DNA of 64,000 nucleotides from the NCBI RefSeq assembly GCF_009914755.1, contig NC_060947.1; one strand, written 5' to 3'. Shown one piece after another: positions 19,002 through 33,250 of this stretch. Below the pieces are notes generated by a model, which did no database searches, was not told where the DNA came from, and saw only the letters and a list, made by a program, of their open reading frames with translations. Each line of letters opens with the position of its first letter. Within the stretch, counting starts at the first letter, position 1. This DNA comes from the human T2T-CHM13v2.0 reference genome, Homo sapiens. The position numbers and the translations under genes are program-made.

Positions 19002-22000
19002 CTAGATGGGAAGGAAGAGGTTTCTTGAAGGTATGTGCACGGCGAGTACTAGAAGAGTTGGCACAGGGGCACAGCAGAATGCTAACACTGTCACCGTTTT
19101 GAAGTACCAATGGGGGTTGGTTTGTTCTAAATTTGGCCAGGTTATACTAGTAGTCTGACACTGACAGGTTGGTTAACTAGATGCCCAAAGAAAAAGCCTC
19201 TGTCTCACCTCGAAAGATCATTTCAGACACCAGAATCAATCCTTGGACGTGTGTGCAAGTCTGCTGATGGGAGGTAGGAAACAGTAAGCCACATAAACAC
19301 GGCTAGCAAGGGCTTCTCCTTTTCGAAAACATCAGCAAGCCCACTAGAGGTATGAAATGAGCTGGCTGGTTGCCTGGAGTGTGTTCAAATATCTGTGCAG
19401 GCCAGTGAGACCTGAACATCAGAGGGGGACTGAGTAGTAAGAGTAGCTAGGAGGCCACAGACTGCTGGCAAAGGATTACCTAGGGGGGGTCTAACACTTA
19501 GCACTCTGGGGATTTTTAGAAAAGGCCCAGTCTGCCAAGAGAAATGGAGGTAAAATTAAATAAAGAAGTTCACATATCAACACAGATGAATGTCACAAAT
19601 CTTATGGAGAAAAACAGAAGTTGTAGATGGATACAAACAGTATGTCGCCTATTTGTTATTGTTGTTTTGCTCTCATAGACACAAAATTGGATTAATCCTA
19701 ACCCTAGTCCATGAGACACTCATAATTGGTCCATGCATGGCATTTTTATTTCTCTATTTATTCATTTACTTACTTATTTTAATAATATAAAGTACTGGTG
19801 AATCTGCCACCAATCCCAAAGTTACAACTCCAAGGCATCCTCCATCCTAAATCCTATGTTCATCATTTCCATGGTTTCCTTTCTATATAGTTTTACCTCA
19901 TCTGTATCTGTTACCTTGAAAAACATACAAAAAAATGCCACATAATGTTTAAAGATACATATGTATGTAGAAAATTATAAAGAAATAAGTGACAATGATA
20001 TATGCCACGTTCCAGACAGTACAGAGCAGAAAACGGGGAGGGGCAAGAGAGGAAGGGGAAGAAAAAGAAGCAGAAGAGAGGGTGGGAAGGAAAACTATTT
20101 GTAATGAATTATTTCTTAATGCGGATAGTAAACACGTGGGTACTCATTATATTATTTTTATATCTTTTTGAATGTCAAATATTTCATAAGTTAAAAAGGA
20201 AAATAGAGGGATGGAAGAAATGACATATAGGCCTATGGAATGTCAGATCTTATAAATATCTTGGAGTGGCCTTTCAGCCCCTCCTCCTCTTGGCGCTGCC
20301 CTCAGCCTCCTCTGAGAACACATCCACTGCTGGGAGATGTGGTATGGCTGAGTCAGGTTGAGGAAGGCCCCTATGAGTCCTGTCCTGACAGATATCTTCG
20401 GGCCAGCTCTCCCTCCTCTCTGCTTTATCTGCTCTTTCAGTCAGCTGGACAGAGTCAGAAATGCTCATTAATTTTTATTAGCATTTTACAGTTCAATTAA
20501 ACCATTTCCATTCTACTGAATTGCCTAACTTGACTCACTTCTCAGCTGTGTGCTCCCTATGAAGGATCTTCTTTTGCCCACTCACATTCCCAATCCTAAC
20601 TCTTCACATTGTGCGGTATACTGAGATTTTCAGTTGGGCTGGGAAAGGCTACCTTGCAGGATTCCCAGCATAGCAAGGTTTCCCAGCATAGCTCTGTCAA
20701 CCTCAAAGGCCCAGGCTGGAAAATACAGATGTCGTTGAATTGCTTTTGAAAAAATAACAATCATGTTACTTTTTTCCTCCCATAATGATTGTTCATATAA
20801 ATAAGAAAAGAATATAGATGGATTCTGATCTATTGGTTGTCCCCAGGATCAAGTTCACAGGAGAGGAAGAGTTCAGCTATACAGAGAGGGCCAATGTTGC
20901 CCCAAGCCTATTTCAGAACCTGGGTTCCTTTTACCATGTTCAGTGTGCACAAGCTCAATCCTGGCCAAAAGGATAGAGTGATTCCCATACACTGAGTTCC
21001 ACAATTCTCAGGAACACTTTTTGAGACACATGTATAAAAAGTGGGCCCTATCAGGCTAATCTAAGTACAAAAGCAGGATAAGCTAGGCAGAATGTATGAA
21101 TGTAATTTATCTCGATCTCAGAAAGGTTTGAATTGTGCCTTACCATACATAATATAATACATACAAACCTGGAAAGCCAGATCTGAACCACACATTCTCA
21201 CCGGACCACATTGCCTAAAACAGGCAGCCTCAACTTCCTTGTTGCTAACTTCAGTCCGCAGCCTCCTTCCGCTCCGCCCCCATTCCGAGTTGGTGTGTCA
21301 TAGTCATTGAGAGCTTTCAACACATTTGCTAGTTCCCAAAAATAGAAAGAATATGCATGATCTTGGAGCTACATTAAAAGCATCAATTGAATCTCCTATT
21401 GTTTCTTTAGATATGTAAGGATGACAAGAAGCTAGAGAGAATTTCTGCTTCTGTGGTGGGGAAACAGGGCTAGAGAGATGTGTTACTAAAATTATCCCTT
21501 TGCCTGTTCTCCCTGGTCCCCCAGAGGGTTAAATGTGAGTTTTCAGGCGCTAGATTTGTCATAAGCCAAATGTAAAGATGTGATAGGAATAATTAAGAAT
21601 GACCTACTAGTTGAGGAACTCCAATCAGAAAGAGTAGCTAAGACTATAAGCAGTAAGCAGCATGGAACAAAAGAAAGAGCATGATGTAGAGTCTGAAGCC
21701 CTGAGTTTGATGCCTTGCTGCCTAACCTACCAGCTGTATGGTTACGGACAAGCCAGTTAACCTCTCTGAGCCCCAATTTCCTCAACTAAGAAATGAAGAC
21801 AGTTATCCTTACTCTGTAAAATAGCTATAAAGCTCTAATATAAACATGTCATTTCCAGGACATGAGGCCAGACTTGTCCACCAAATACAGCCCTGAGCTT
21901 TCTTGCTCCTGGGCCAGTGTTTCATAGTCCTTAAAACCCTCTTTTGATAAACTTAAAGGAAAAACATCTCACTACCTCCTTTAGCTCATTTAAACTTTCC

Positions 22001-23183
22001 AAATAATTTAAATATTGTGAGTAAAAATAAGTCAAAGCAAGGGTAACTCTGAATATTTTTTCAATTTACATAGCTGCCCCACTGTCCCTGGAAATTCTAT
22101 ACATCCTTTCAGGACAGGGTGGTATTTGTCACCAAAATAACAGATATATATTTGGGGTCACACTAATAGCTGCTCTCTGGCCCAACTATGCTTCCTATTC
22201 CAATCTTAGCCTTCGAGGTCAAACTTACACATTCTTATTCCTGAAATAAACTTTCTCTGACTGCTCAAGCTGATGTGGCTCCCCTTCTCCAAATTCTGAC
22301 ACCAATTGTGAAGGCCCTGACATACCACACACTTGGCACTTAGCCACCATGCTGCTCACAGCTTTTAGTTTGCCTGCCCATTAAAGGCTGTGCCCAGCAC
22401 TCTATCTTCTTTGGTCTTGCTTCACTTAGGGATTGTCCAGAGAAGAGCAGCTGACAAAGCCCCAGAGTTTCCTCTGGTTGTCCTCTGCACATGGCAAGGG
22501 GACAAAGTCCTCTTGAACCCTGGTTGCCTGTGGTCTTGTTGGAACCAGGCTGCCCATATGCCACTTGTTAATGGTAGTCTGAGTGCCTTCACAGGGACAC
22601 GGTGAGCAGGTGCTCAAAACAGATGCTATTTGGATCATCACAACTTTCCTGCCTAATGAAGTTTATCATTTCCAATAAAATGCCAGCCTTCCTCCTTTTT
22701 CCTTGTGCTCGTCTGAATTGGGAGACATTAAGGGAGCTAGTTCCTCCTTAGTAAGACATTGCAGGATATTCTCTACAAATGACAGATGCTGCAATCTGGG
22801 GAATGTAACTGTTCAGGATTGTAGCCTGCTTCACTTGTTTGTAAATAAGGTCCTCCCTGCCCCTTTATAGAGGGGACCCTAGTTACTCTTCTCTAGCCTT
22901 TTCTCTCCAGATCCTAGGGAAGGTACATGGGGTTTGGACTGGATTTATTTCGCTCACTACTATATTCCAGCATCCTAGAATGCATGCTTAATAATTACAT
23001 CAAAATAATAAGAACAACAATAATAGCAACAGTGACCCCTTAAATAGCATATATTATGTACCATGTACTGTCCTAAATGCTCTGCATTTATTAACCTAAA
23101 TAATCCTCCAATGTAGGTACTGTTATAACCCCATCTGATGAGGAACTATAGACATAGAGCAGCTAAGAAGCTTTCTCAGGAAT

Positions 23184-23826
23184 AGAATGCTTATACACTG
23201 CTGGTGGGAATGTAAATTAGTACAGCCATGATAGAAAGCAGTTTGGATATTTCTTAAATAACTTAAAAAAGAACTACCTTTTGACCCAGCAATCCCATTA
23301 TCGGGTATGTACCCAAAGGAATATAAATCGTTCTACCACAAAGACACATGCACGCGTATGTTCACTGCAGCACTTTTCACAGTAGCAAATACACGGAGTC
23401 AGCCTAAATGATGATCAATGATAGACTGGATAAAGAAAATGTGGTACATATACACCATAAAATGCCACAAAGCCATCAAAATAAATGAAATCATGCCTTT
23501 TGCAACAACATGGATGGAACTGGAGGCCATTATCCTAAGCAAATTAACACAGGAACAGAAAACCAAATACCGCATGTTCTCGCTTACAAGAGGGAGCTAA
23601 ATATTGAGTACACAGGGACACAAAGAAGGAAACAACAGACACTGGGGTTTACTTGAGGGTGGAAGGTGGGAGGAGGGTGGGAATAAAAAACCACCTATTG
23701 GTACTATGTTCATTACCTGCGTGATGAAATCATTTGTGTACCAAAACCCGGCAACATGCAATTTACCTACGTAACAAATTTGAATATGCACCCCCTAAAG
23801 CTAAAATAAAAATTGGAAGAAAAAAC
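23184..23826 (+). mobile_element. L1PA16/L1PB-like 3' fragment inserted in a MIR
   Basis: ORF 23418..23600 is the ORF2 C-terminus; L1P 3' UTR follows. Degenerate TSD agaagctttctcaggaata / agaaatttttccaggaata. Confidence 0.85.
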
Positions 23827-25015
23827 AGAAATTTTTCCAGGAATAAAAGCTACTAAATGGCAGAGCTTGGCTTTGGGTTCAGGCTGTCCAGCTCTAAAAT
23901 CTCTGCTTTTGTTTACAATGTGCTATATTGCCTCTAAATAAAAAAGTACTGAATGAATTATTAGTAACACTGCATATATAGTAATAGTATTAATAGCCAA
24001 CATTCACTAAGTACCTACTATGTGCCAGGTACTACATCTGCATTGTCTCATTTAACCCTCACAACTTCCCTTCCTTGTAGATACACTGTCATTCTCATTT
24101 TGCAAACAAGGGCATAATTATAAGCACAGAAAGTTTGCCCAAGGTCATATAGCTCATGGGCGAAAGGAGATTGCCTTCTAGTCTGGCCCTAGCACCCATG
24201 CTCTTAACCCCATACTCCACTGTTCCCCACTACCTCAGGTGGTTCTCTCCCAAAGCCTCTTGAGATGACTTCTATCATCAGCCTGATTTGACACTGAGGA
24301 AAATAAGGACAAAGTTAAAGAACTGGCCAATGGTTAGAAAAGTTAGTTAAGAGACAGAGTAAAGTTAAGTACTCAGGAGTTCTGGTTTCAAATCCCCTTC
24401 TTCTTTCTGCTCCAGCCCCATCTCTGTTGCTATTATTGGATTTATAAGCTGTCCCAAATAGCTCATCCTCCAAGTCTGACCCTTCAGTGCAAGAAGAAAT
24501 TGTCCAAATGCAGAAACTTCCCTGAACAGAAGTCTTCTGCCCAACATCATTACACGTTGTTTAGTTCTGATCCCCTTGAATATGGTGAAAGCAACAGGAA
24601 TAAAGAACAGTTATGACACAAGGGACAACAGAACATGGCCAGACTGGCACAATAGGACAGAGGGTGCAGGAAAAGCGGATCTGCTCCTTTCCACAGTAAA
24701 TAGTCAAAGAGAAAAAAATCCCCTCAAAGCATCAAAATAATTTCCCAAATAATTATATCACGAAGAAAATAATAAAACACATCAAAAACTAAAATAAAAA
24801 TTCAATGAAACACAGAGGAGCAGAGACTGACAGTATAGATAATACGAAGAAAAAGAACAGAGTCTTATCTGGATTTTTTGGAAGAAAAGTTAAAAGAGTG
24901 GTGACAGCAAAAATTAAAGAAGGGGTCACATAATTAGAAGCCACTGGTGACTTTCCCACACACTATAATTGCCATTTTAAAGGTACCTTCACACATGCCC
25001 ACGTACTCTCTTGCT

Positions 25016-25022
<7 letters not shown>

Positions 25023-25049
<27 letters not shown>
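25023..25049. repeat. (TC)n microsatellite
   Basis: Direct reading. Confidence 0.95.
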
Positions 25050-28000
25050 GAAACAAGCTACAAGCTGCATAAGTTGTTTAAGCTGTTCTGAGTGGATTAG
25101 TCAATCCCAATTCCCAATGTACAAAACAGGCACATTGTTGCATAATTGACTGGGAATTAAGGGAATCTTAACAGTTGGATGAGAACTTAGTGGTGAGGCC
25201 ACATGCTCATGGAGAGAGATCAGTGTTTCAATGTTTACTATACTATCTTTGGCACATAATAATCTAGCCCATATTTGGGTACATCTAGTGATGGGGACCT
25301 CACTACTTTATAAGGCTGTCTATTTCTTTGTTGGAGGTTGGGTAAGATGAGATTAATGAGTACCAGGCACTCTATCAGGCATTTTATATGCATTGATTCC
25401 ATTTAATCTTCATGACAATCCTGTAGAATAGTTATTCTCACCATTCACAACTGATATAATGGAGGTACAAGAAGGAAAAAGTCACTTGCTTGAAATCATA
25501 TAGTTAGCGAGTGTTGAAATCAGGATTTGAGCCCAGAATTGTCTGATTACAAACTTTATGTTTTATCTATCACTCCATATGACTTCTGTCTGCAAGGAAA
25601 CCATGGGAAAATCTGAAATGCAGGAGGACACTCTCTGTCCTGTGCAATCCTCCTATTAACTAATTAAGTTACTGGCAAAATAGAAACTGAGTTTTATAGG
25701 ATATGACTTGTTCTCAGAAAGCCAAAGATGACCCCTGTGGCCACTGTATCTCTTTCTAAATGTTCACAGGCTGTTTAATAATCAAGTACAGAATTTTGAC
25801 AAGCTCAATGGTAATAATGACATAAATATTACCAATGTGGAATCTGGAGCCAGCGTATCTGAATGTAATTCCTGGCTCTATCACTCATTAGCTATTTCAC
25901 CTTGGGAAAATTATATAACTTATCTAGGTCTCACTTTACATATCCTTAACATGGAAATAATATAATAATAGTACCTACCTCATAGGTTTGTTGTGAGGAT
26001 TAAATTGAGTTAATAAGTGTAAAGTTCTTAGAACAGAATCATAGAAGCACTCAATAAATGCTAGTTCATTAATACTTTATTGTTGATTTCTACTTTCTAG
26101 AACATATTATTTTCTGCTTTGAAAACTGGTACATTTTCCTATGTGTAGTCTTCTCACAGATCTCCTGGAACCCATAATTCTGTCAAGATGACCTAGAGCA
26201 ATTCCACTTGGGACATCATAGAATTATTTCAGTGCTCTGGGATGTATATATTTTTAAATAACATCATACTTAAGTTCTGTTAGACTAGAATCCTTATGAA
26301 AGTAGAGCTGGTTGGCACAGAAGAGGGGCTCAATATCTATAGCATGAAAGAATTCAGAGCAGTAAAGTACTCTCTTACAACCTCAGATCCTTTGGGCTTC
26401 AATTCCCTTTGAAACAAGTTTATGACTTCTTTTCCTTGATAGAGAAGGAATTTATATTCCCCTGTTATCAGTAAACCATCTGCCTCAAACAGGGGGTTGT
26501 CAGACTATCACTTCTTTTTTCTTCATTTGAACATAGCTTTAAAAGTAATTAAAATTAAGCATTTTTAAAAACTAATTTTGACTCATTCTAGGATTCATGA
26601 AACTCTTTTGTCACCCCTGTTAAATATTATATCATATGTAAAATATTATATATTATTTAGCCACTTCCTAGGGGTCTTTGTTTCCTCCTTTTTAAATATG
26701 AGATCATCAGAAAGCTTAATGTGGCCATATTTCATTATTTAGCATCCTCACCTCCTTTCTTCCTGGTAAAAAGGATTACTGAACTTTCGGACATCCAATT
26801 AAATTGTGTGCCTGAGGTGAACAAGGTGACAGCCTCACTCACCTTGGCCCAATCCAGACATTCCCTTCCTTTCCTCCATGGATTCTCTTTGTCAAAGGAA
26901 TTTTCACCTCCAGAGAGCCTAGTCCATTCCTCCCAGCTCTATCTCAAGAAGAGAGTCTTTTGTAGTAATGGCAAAAGGTCCCTAAACAACCCAGCAGACA
27001 AAATACCTTGTCTCTCTGCATACCTTCTTTTGGTCCCATGATCATTTTTCAAAAGTTTATCCCTACTTGTTGAATGGAAAGTCTTATTGTAGATAACAAA
27101 TGGAAATCTTCAAAACAAACATCAGGTAGTTTTAATGGCCTTTGAACAATTAGGCTATAACTGCTCGTGTTCTGGGAAGCCAGTGTCAAGAACACCCAGG
27201 TATATGGAGTTGGTAGCCTTTATACTCCAGACTCTAGGCTGGCTGTGTCTTGGGAAGAAAGCCTATGGTTCTTGTGAAAACAAGAAAGCTCCCTTCTGTG
27301 GGAAGCTATGACTGCTTCGAGGTTTCTCTTGTTTTCACCATCCCTGTTATATGCTTCCCCTACCCTGCCAGCTTAGCTGGTTTGAATCCCCAGCCCTGGC
27401 TTGACTTCTAGTTTCTTCCTAATCATTGGCTCCCACTATCTGGCTTAGACATGGCTCATTACTCCATCTTGGTCTTCCACTGCCCGTTGAGTTCTAAGTT
27501 AAACCCATTGTTTATCTTGTTTCTTCCCCTTTATTCCTGGCTTCTGACTCACTGTTTTATGTTCTGGATCCTGGTCTATCTCTTATAGCCACTGCTTTCT
27601 AGAGCCTAGTTTCACAATTTAGTTAAAGTAATCCCAGCCTTGGCTAACAGATGCCAAAATTAACAGGGCCTAGGGGGTGCAGAACTATAAAATAAGCCAG
27701 GTTCCTATTTGTTTACTGCCTCTATGGCTACTTGTTCTGAGTGTAAACACCTTAGTGGGAAGAACAGGCACATTAGTGTTGGTGACATGGCTGATATGCT
27801 GAGAATTTCCATGGCCACCTAAATTAACCCTCAAAAATCCTACCTCCTGATTTTATGAAAGTCCTGAGAAGAGTTGGGGGAGCTAAAAAGAAGCATTAGT
27901 GTTTGGCTGAGTTTCAGATTCATAAAAGTTCTCTGTTTGAGGGTTAGCTCCATACTGAGGTAAGTTATTATCCCCATTAACTGACTGGCTATTGGTTCTA

Positions 28001-29110
28001 GAGTGGACATTCAGAGCTTATCACCAAACACTGAGGCAGTCTGAACCTAAGCTCAGTGTTTTTCCCCTCAATCCACTGTCAAAGCAAATGGATAAAGATT
28101 CAATACAAGATATGGCACACACATACACACACAGAGGACAGGGGGCTTAAAACTGTGTGGTTCATGTTCCAGCCCAGAAAAATGTAACACTATTTACTCT
28201 GGTGTTTTGTGACTCAGCACTCCTCTTCAGAGGCATTCACTACTGGGTGAAGGAGAGGACAAAGGGACTAGATGATGGCAAAAGAGCAAAGGGTAGCATG
28301 GTGAATTTGTAAAGTCACTCTAAGCATTCTGGTTTCTTCTTCCATTTTTACTTTCCTTGGTCCCCAATTCTTCCCAGTTAGCCCCTGGAGCCAAAACTGG
28401 TCTGAACTCTCTACTGTGAGTGAGGAAGTAGGGGTAAGAGTATCCCATAAGGAGGAGTGACGCTTAGAACATATGCTACCCTTCCCAGCCTCACAAAGGA
28501 GAAGAGTCCTAGAAACCAACATACACAGAGTTATCCAGAGTCAGTGACAAGAGTAAGACCTCTCCTCTAATGGATTACAAAGAAGGAAGAGTGGAGAAGA
28601 GCACGGTTGGGGGTTGTGGGGAACCAGTGCACCTTGTATAGGAAATAGGTAGAGGCATGGAAAAAATTCCTATATCACAAAGGTACCTACCTGTCAGGGC
28701 AAAAGTAGGAGGCTCCTCGTTGGTTCCCAGGGCAGAGAGGGGCCACATGGCCAGAGCCATTAGAGTGGAAATGAGGGAAAGTGCTCAGGGAAACTACTAT
28801 TTACCAACTAAGATAGACATATTTCAATATTTTTTACAAATGGTGCAGACCAGCAGCTCTGGGTAGAAGAAAGTGAGAAGGAGCACCCCAGGGTCATTAG
28901 GGCAAAGGGTAAAAAAAATACCAAGACAAAATGCACCGACTTCAGAGTTTTTCACTGCCCACAAGCCAACCCTGCCTGTGACATTCATGCCACATTAGTG
29001 TTCCTGATACAGAATTGCTGCCAATCTCCTGTCTGTTTTCCCCCCATCAGTATTTGCCCACTTTGTTGGGAGCCTGGGGATGATGAAGAGGAGGGTCCGG
29101 TACCCTGTTA

Positions 29111-29332
<222 letters not shown>

Positions 29333-29559
29333 TCACCTGCCTGGAGGCACCCAAGGCTGGGCATAGACTGGGATAGGAAGAGGCCAGAAAGGGCCTGGTA
29401 GAGACAGAGGGAGAGAGGGACTCCTGGGACTCCTCAAAAAGCTTTACAGCTCTGTGAGCTAGGAAGACCCATTTTCTTATTCACCCCAAGGCCAAATGTG
29501 CCCTGCCACCCGGGACTGCTACAGCTTTTCTACACCAGTTACCCTCTGGTCCTATAAGT

Positions 29560-29665
29560 TCTCTGTCTGTCTGTCTCTCTCTGTGTCTGCCTCTCTCTCT
29601 CTCTCTCTCTCTCTACATACACACATATATATGTGTGTGGAGAAAGAGAGAGAGAGAGATTTTCT

Positions 29666-29696
<31 letters not shown>

Positions 29697-29713
29697 TACA
29701 CACATATATATAT

Positions 29714-29769
<56 letters not shown>

Positions 29770-29770
29770 T
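29560..29770. repeat. Compound microsatellite (TC/TA/GA/CA)n
   Basis: Direct reading; starts about 280 bp upstream of the exon 7 acceptor in transcript direction. Confidence 0.95.
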
Positions 29771-31405
29771 TCTCCATCTCTCTTCTCTATAAATCTCTTT
29801 TTCTGTCCCAGTCTCTCAATCCCTGCTCTGGTCCCTCAGTCTCTTTCTAATACTTGAAGAACAGGCCTTAATCTCACTGCCTCCCACATGAGTAGAAGGA
29901 AACGGGAGGACAAGAAGGAAGATGATAACAGAGGGAGAGAAAAAGAACCCACTCCCCTCTTATAATTGTTTTTCCTTCTCCTCTCAGTTCACTAAAATCT
30001 ACTGATTGAATAAGAAACTTAACTGCCACATGATTCCTTGGTCTGTTATCCAGAAAGCCTAGAACTACTTATCCTCCTTGCTACAAAGAGTCTGACACAA
30101 ATAGGCACCAAGACACCTAAGTCCTAGCTAATTCAATTCTACAGAGTTTCCAAGTCCTACTCCTTCTTTATGGCAACTCTGATAGGTCAGAAGTATGTTG
30201 CAGGTGTGTGTCAGATGTCAAGGTAGACCTGGCCCCTGTCCTCAAGGAGCTTATGTCTTCATGGAGGAGACGAATGCAGGTATGCTCAAAACTCATGAAA
30301 CACAAGGCAAACCAACACCGAAGTTGTGGGCACAGGGGTGAGTATTCCAGGGCCTATGTGAAGATAGGGACAAAGAGTAGTGTCCCAAGACACAGAAGAA
30401 TTAATATTTCCTGAGCACCTATATGAGTCAGACAGTGCGCCAGATATTTTCAATCTATCTTATCTGAGACTCGCGATAGCCCTGGGAAGTAGATATTCTT
30501 GCTCCCATTTTACAGTTAGAGGTACAAAAAGATCAAGTGATAAGCCAAAGTTGCCCAACTAGTTAGCTACAGGTCCATGACCCAACTCCAACCTCTGGGG
30601 CTCCATAGAATATGCTCACTCCTTGTACTATATTATACTGTCTTTAGGCCAAAAAGGCATTGGAGAACCCGTTCCTTCCTCTCTCTCTAGGTGTCAGTTT
30701 TCCCAGATGTAGTATGAGGATGATCTTCATGATAGGGCTGATACCTTGATGCTAAGATCTCAGCCTTTCACCCAAAAGCTTCAAGGCAAGGTTAGAGATG
30801 GAGACCTTTATACCTCCCAGAAATAATCAGAGGCAAACACAAATCAGGCAGGGTAGTAGGCCAGAGAGTGGGGCATCTAGAAATGGTGTATTCGAGCATA
30901 CCATTTTTTTCCCCAGTCTAAAGGATGGGAAGGAAAGGGGGAACTCAGTAGAATTATTTTCTAATAATAGAACCCCCCACCCCACTGCCGAAAAAAAGCT
31001 TAGAAATACTGCTTCAACTTTAGGCTCCCGACTTAGCCTCAATATTATCCAGGAACTAGGTAAACACTCCTTCTAGAGGGGCTGACATACTAGCACAGAA
31101 CCTCTGGAGGCCTGATACTGGGAAAGAAAGCCACCAGGTTAGGGAGCAGTACAGCGATTTCCTGCTGGAGGGATGGGAAGCTGAGAGAGGTTCCCACCCT
31201 GATGCAGGCTAGGAAGATGTGCTACAGTCCACTTTGAATATGTATGAAGTCCAATAAAGCCATAAAAGAGAGCCAATGCCATAAGAAGATGGTCAGAATG
31301 ACTTTTAAATATACAATTTACTAAATGTGGATGATACGACCAGGAGGGCTACCCAGTATTATCTGGTCCATCCACTCCACCAGCCAGGGGCATCTCAATT
31401 CTACA

Positions 31406-31797
<392 letters not shown>

Positions 31798-32719
31798 TAA
31801 CCTTGAGCAACACACGTAGTCTCTCTATAACTCAGTTGCCTCATCATTAACATGGGGATAATAACAGTACCAACTTCATTTGGGTGTTGTGAGGATTATT
31901 TAAATTAAAACATATAAAGTGCCTAGAAGGTACACATCACACTATAAGCTCAACATAAGTGATACTTATTTTCTTGACTATTACTGTGTGCCCCAGTTTC
32001 CATACCTATCCTGTCTCCTAGTAATATAGCAACCCAGTAAGTGATGTTTTGTTATTACCCCAAAACCAGGGTCAAAGAAATTGGAAGTAATTTGCCCAAA
32101 GGGGCAGAACCTAGGTCAGAAGCCCTCCAAAGCCTATGCTCTTATCCACCAAACCACATTAGAATGATGGCCCCCACCCAATCTCCTCCTACTGTCACCA
32201 ACCCAGGGGAACAACCAGATGCCATGGAAGATTTCTAAGGTGAGAATCTCAAAAGACCTGGGCTCTGAGTCCAATGCTGCTACCAACTCACTCTTGAGTT
32301 AGAAACTAGCTTAAACTCTCGCCATCTGTTTCCTCATTTGTAGAGGGGGAATATTAAAACAGTTCCTGTTTGACCCACTTCACATGGCTGTTTGAGAGCG
32401 TCAAATGAGTTCATGGAAAGGAGACAGCCCTCTCATTGTTTAGAGATCTCACCCTTGCTTCCTCTGCTCCACTTATATAACACATCTCTTTGTCTTGCCC
32501 CCAAAAGTACAACTCCTTCCAAAAATCCCCAACCGTGGGCCTTTGGATCTGTTCACTCCCTCCAGGATTTTGCTCACACTGTTCCCTCTGCTGGAATATG
32601 TTTGTCCGCACTAGATGTTCAAGGCCACATCTCATTGATCTCAATATCCTCATTGCCCAGCATAGGGCCTGGCATATGAGGGGAAATGTTCAAAACATAA
32701 GTCTCATAATTTCACGTAT

Positions 32720-33250
32720 TTGCTCAAAAACCCTCCAGTGGCTCCCATCTCACTCAAACTAACAGTCAGTCTTATGAAGACAGGATCTGACCTCCAGTCA
32801 CCTCCCTAACTTCATTTGCTCCCACTCTCTCACTCACTTACTCTACTCTGGGTAGAGTAACAACACTGGCTTCCGTGTTGTTCCTTTAGCACACACTCCT
32901 ATATTTCAGGGTCTTCGTGTTTGTTTTCCCCTCTGTCTGGAATTCTGTGCCCCAAGAAAACCACATGGTTTGCTCCTTCCTCTCCTTCAGGTCTGTTCTT
33001 AACTGTTACTTCCTCAGGTAGTATCCACATTACTCCCTAACCTGTTATCCTACTTTATTTTTCTTCAGAGGCCCATCTACCTGATGATATATGTTTGTTT
33101 GTTGCCTCTTTTCCCTACTGGAATATAAATCAATGAGAGTGGAAACTTTGTCATGTTCACTGATGTCTTTGCAGAACCTAGAATAAGGTCTGACACAGAG
33201 TACTTGATATTTAAATACTCAATAAATACTGTTTGACAACTAAATCAATA
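32720..33250 (+). mobile_element. L2 (L2a-like) 3' fragment
   Basis: 'tgctcaaaaaccctccagtggctcccatctcactc' ... 'ctcaataaatactgtttga'. Confidence 0.75.

Noticed and set aside
20662-20692. ttcccagcatagc x2; likewise aaccaatgtgc x2 at 37470/37486
   Set aside because: Common micro-duplications with no sign of function.
25700-26900. Possible ancient L3/CR1 remnants (also about 37020-37270 and 39180-39800)
   Set aside because: The resemblance is too faint to set boundaries without an HMM search.
29496-29857. HTHT/CVCV-rich ORFs (also 1023..1288)
   Set aside because: These are translations of dinucleotide microsatellites.
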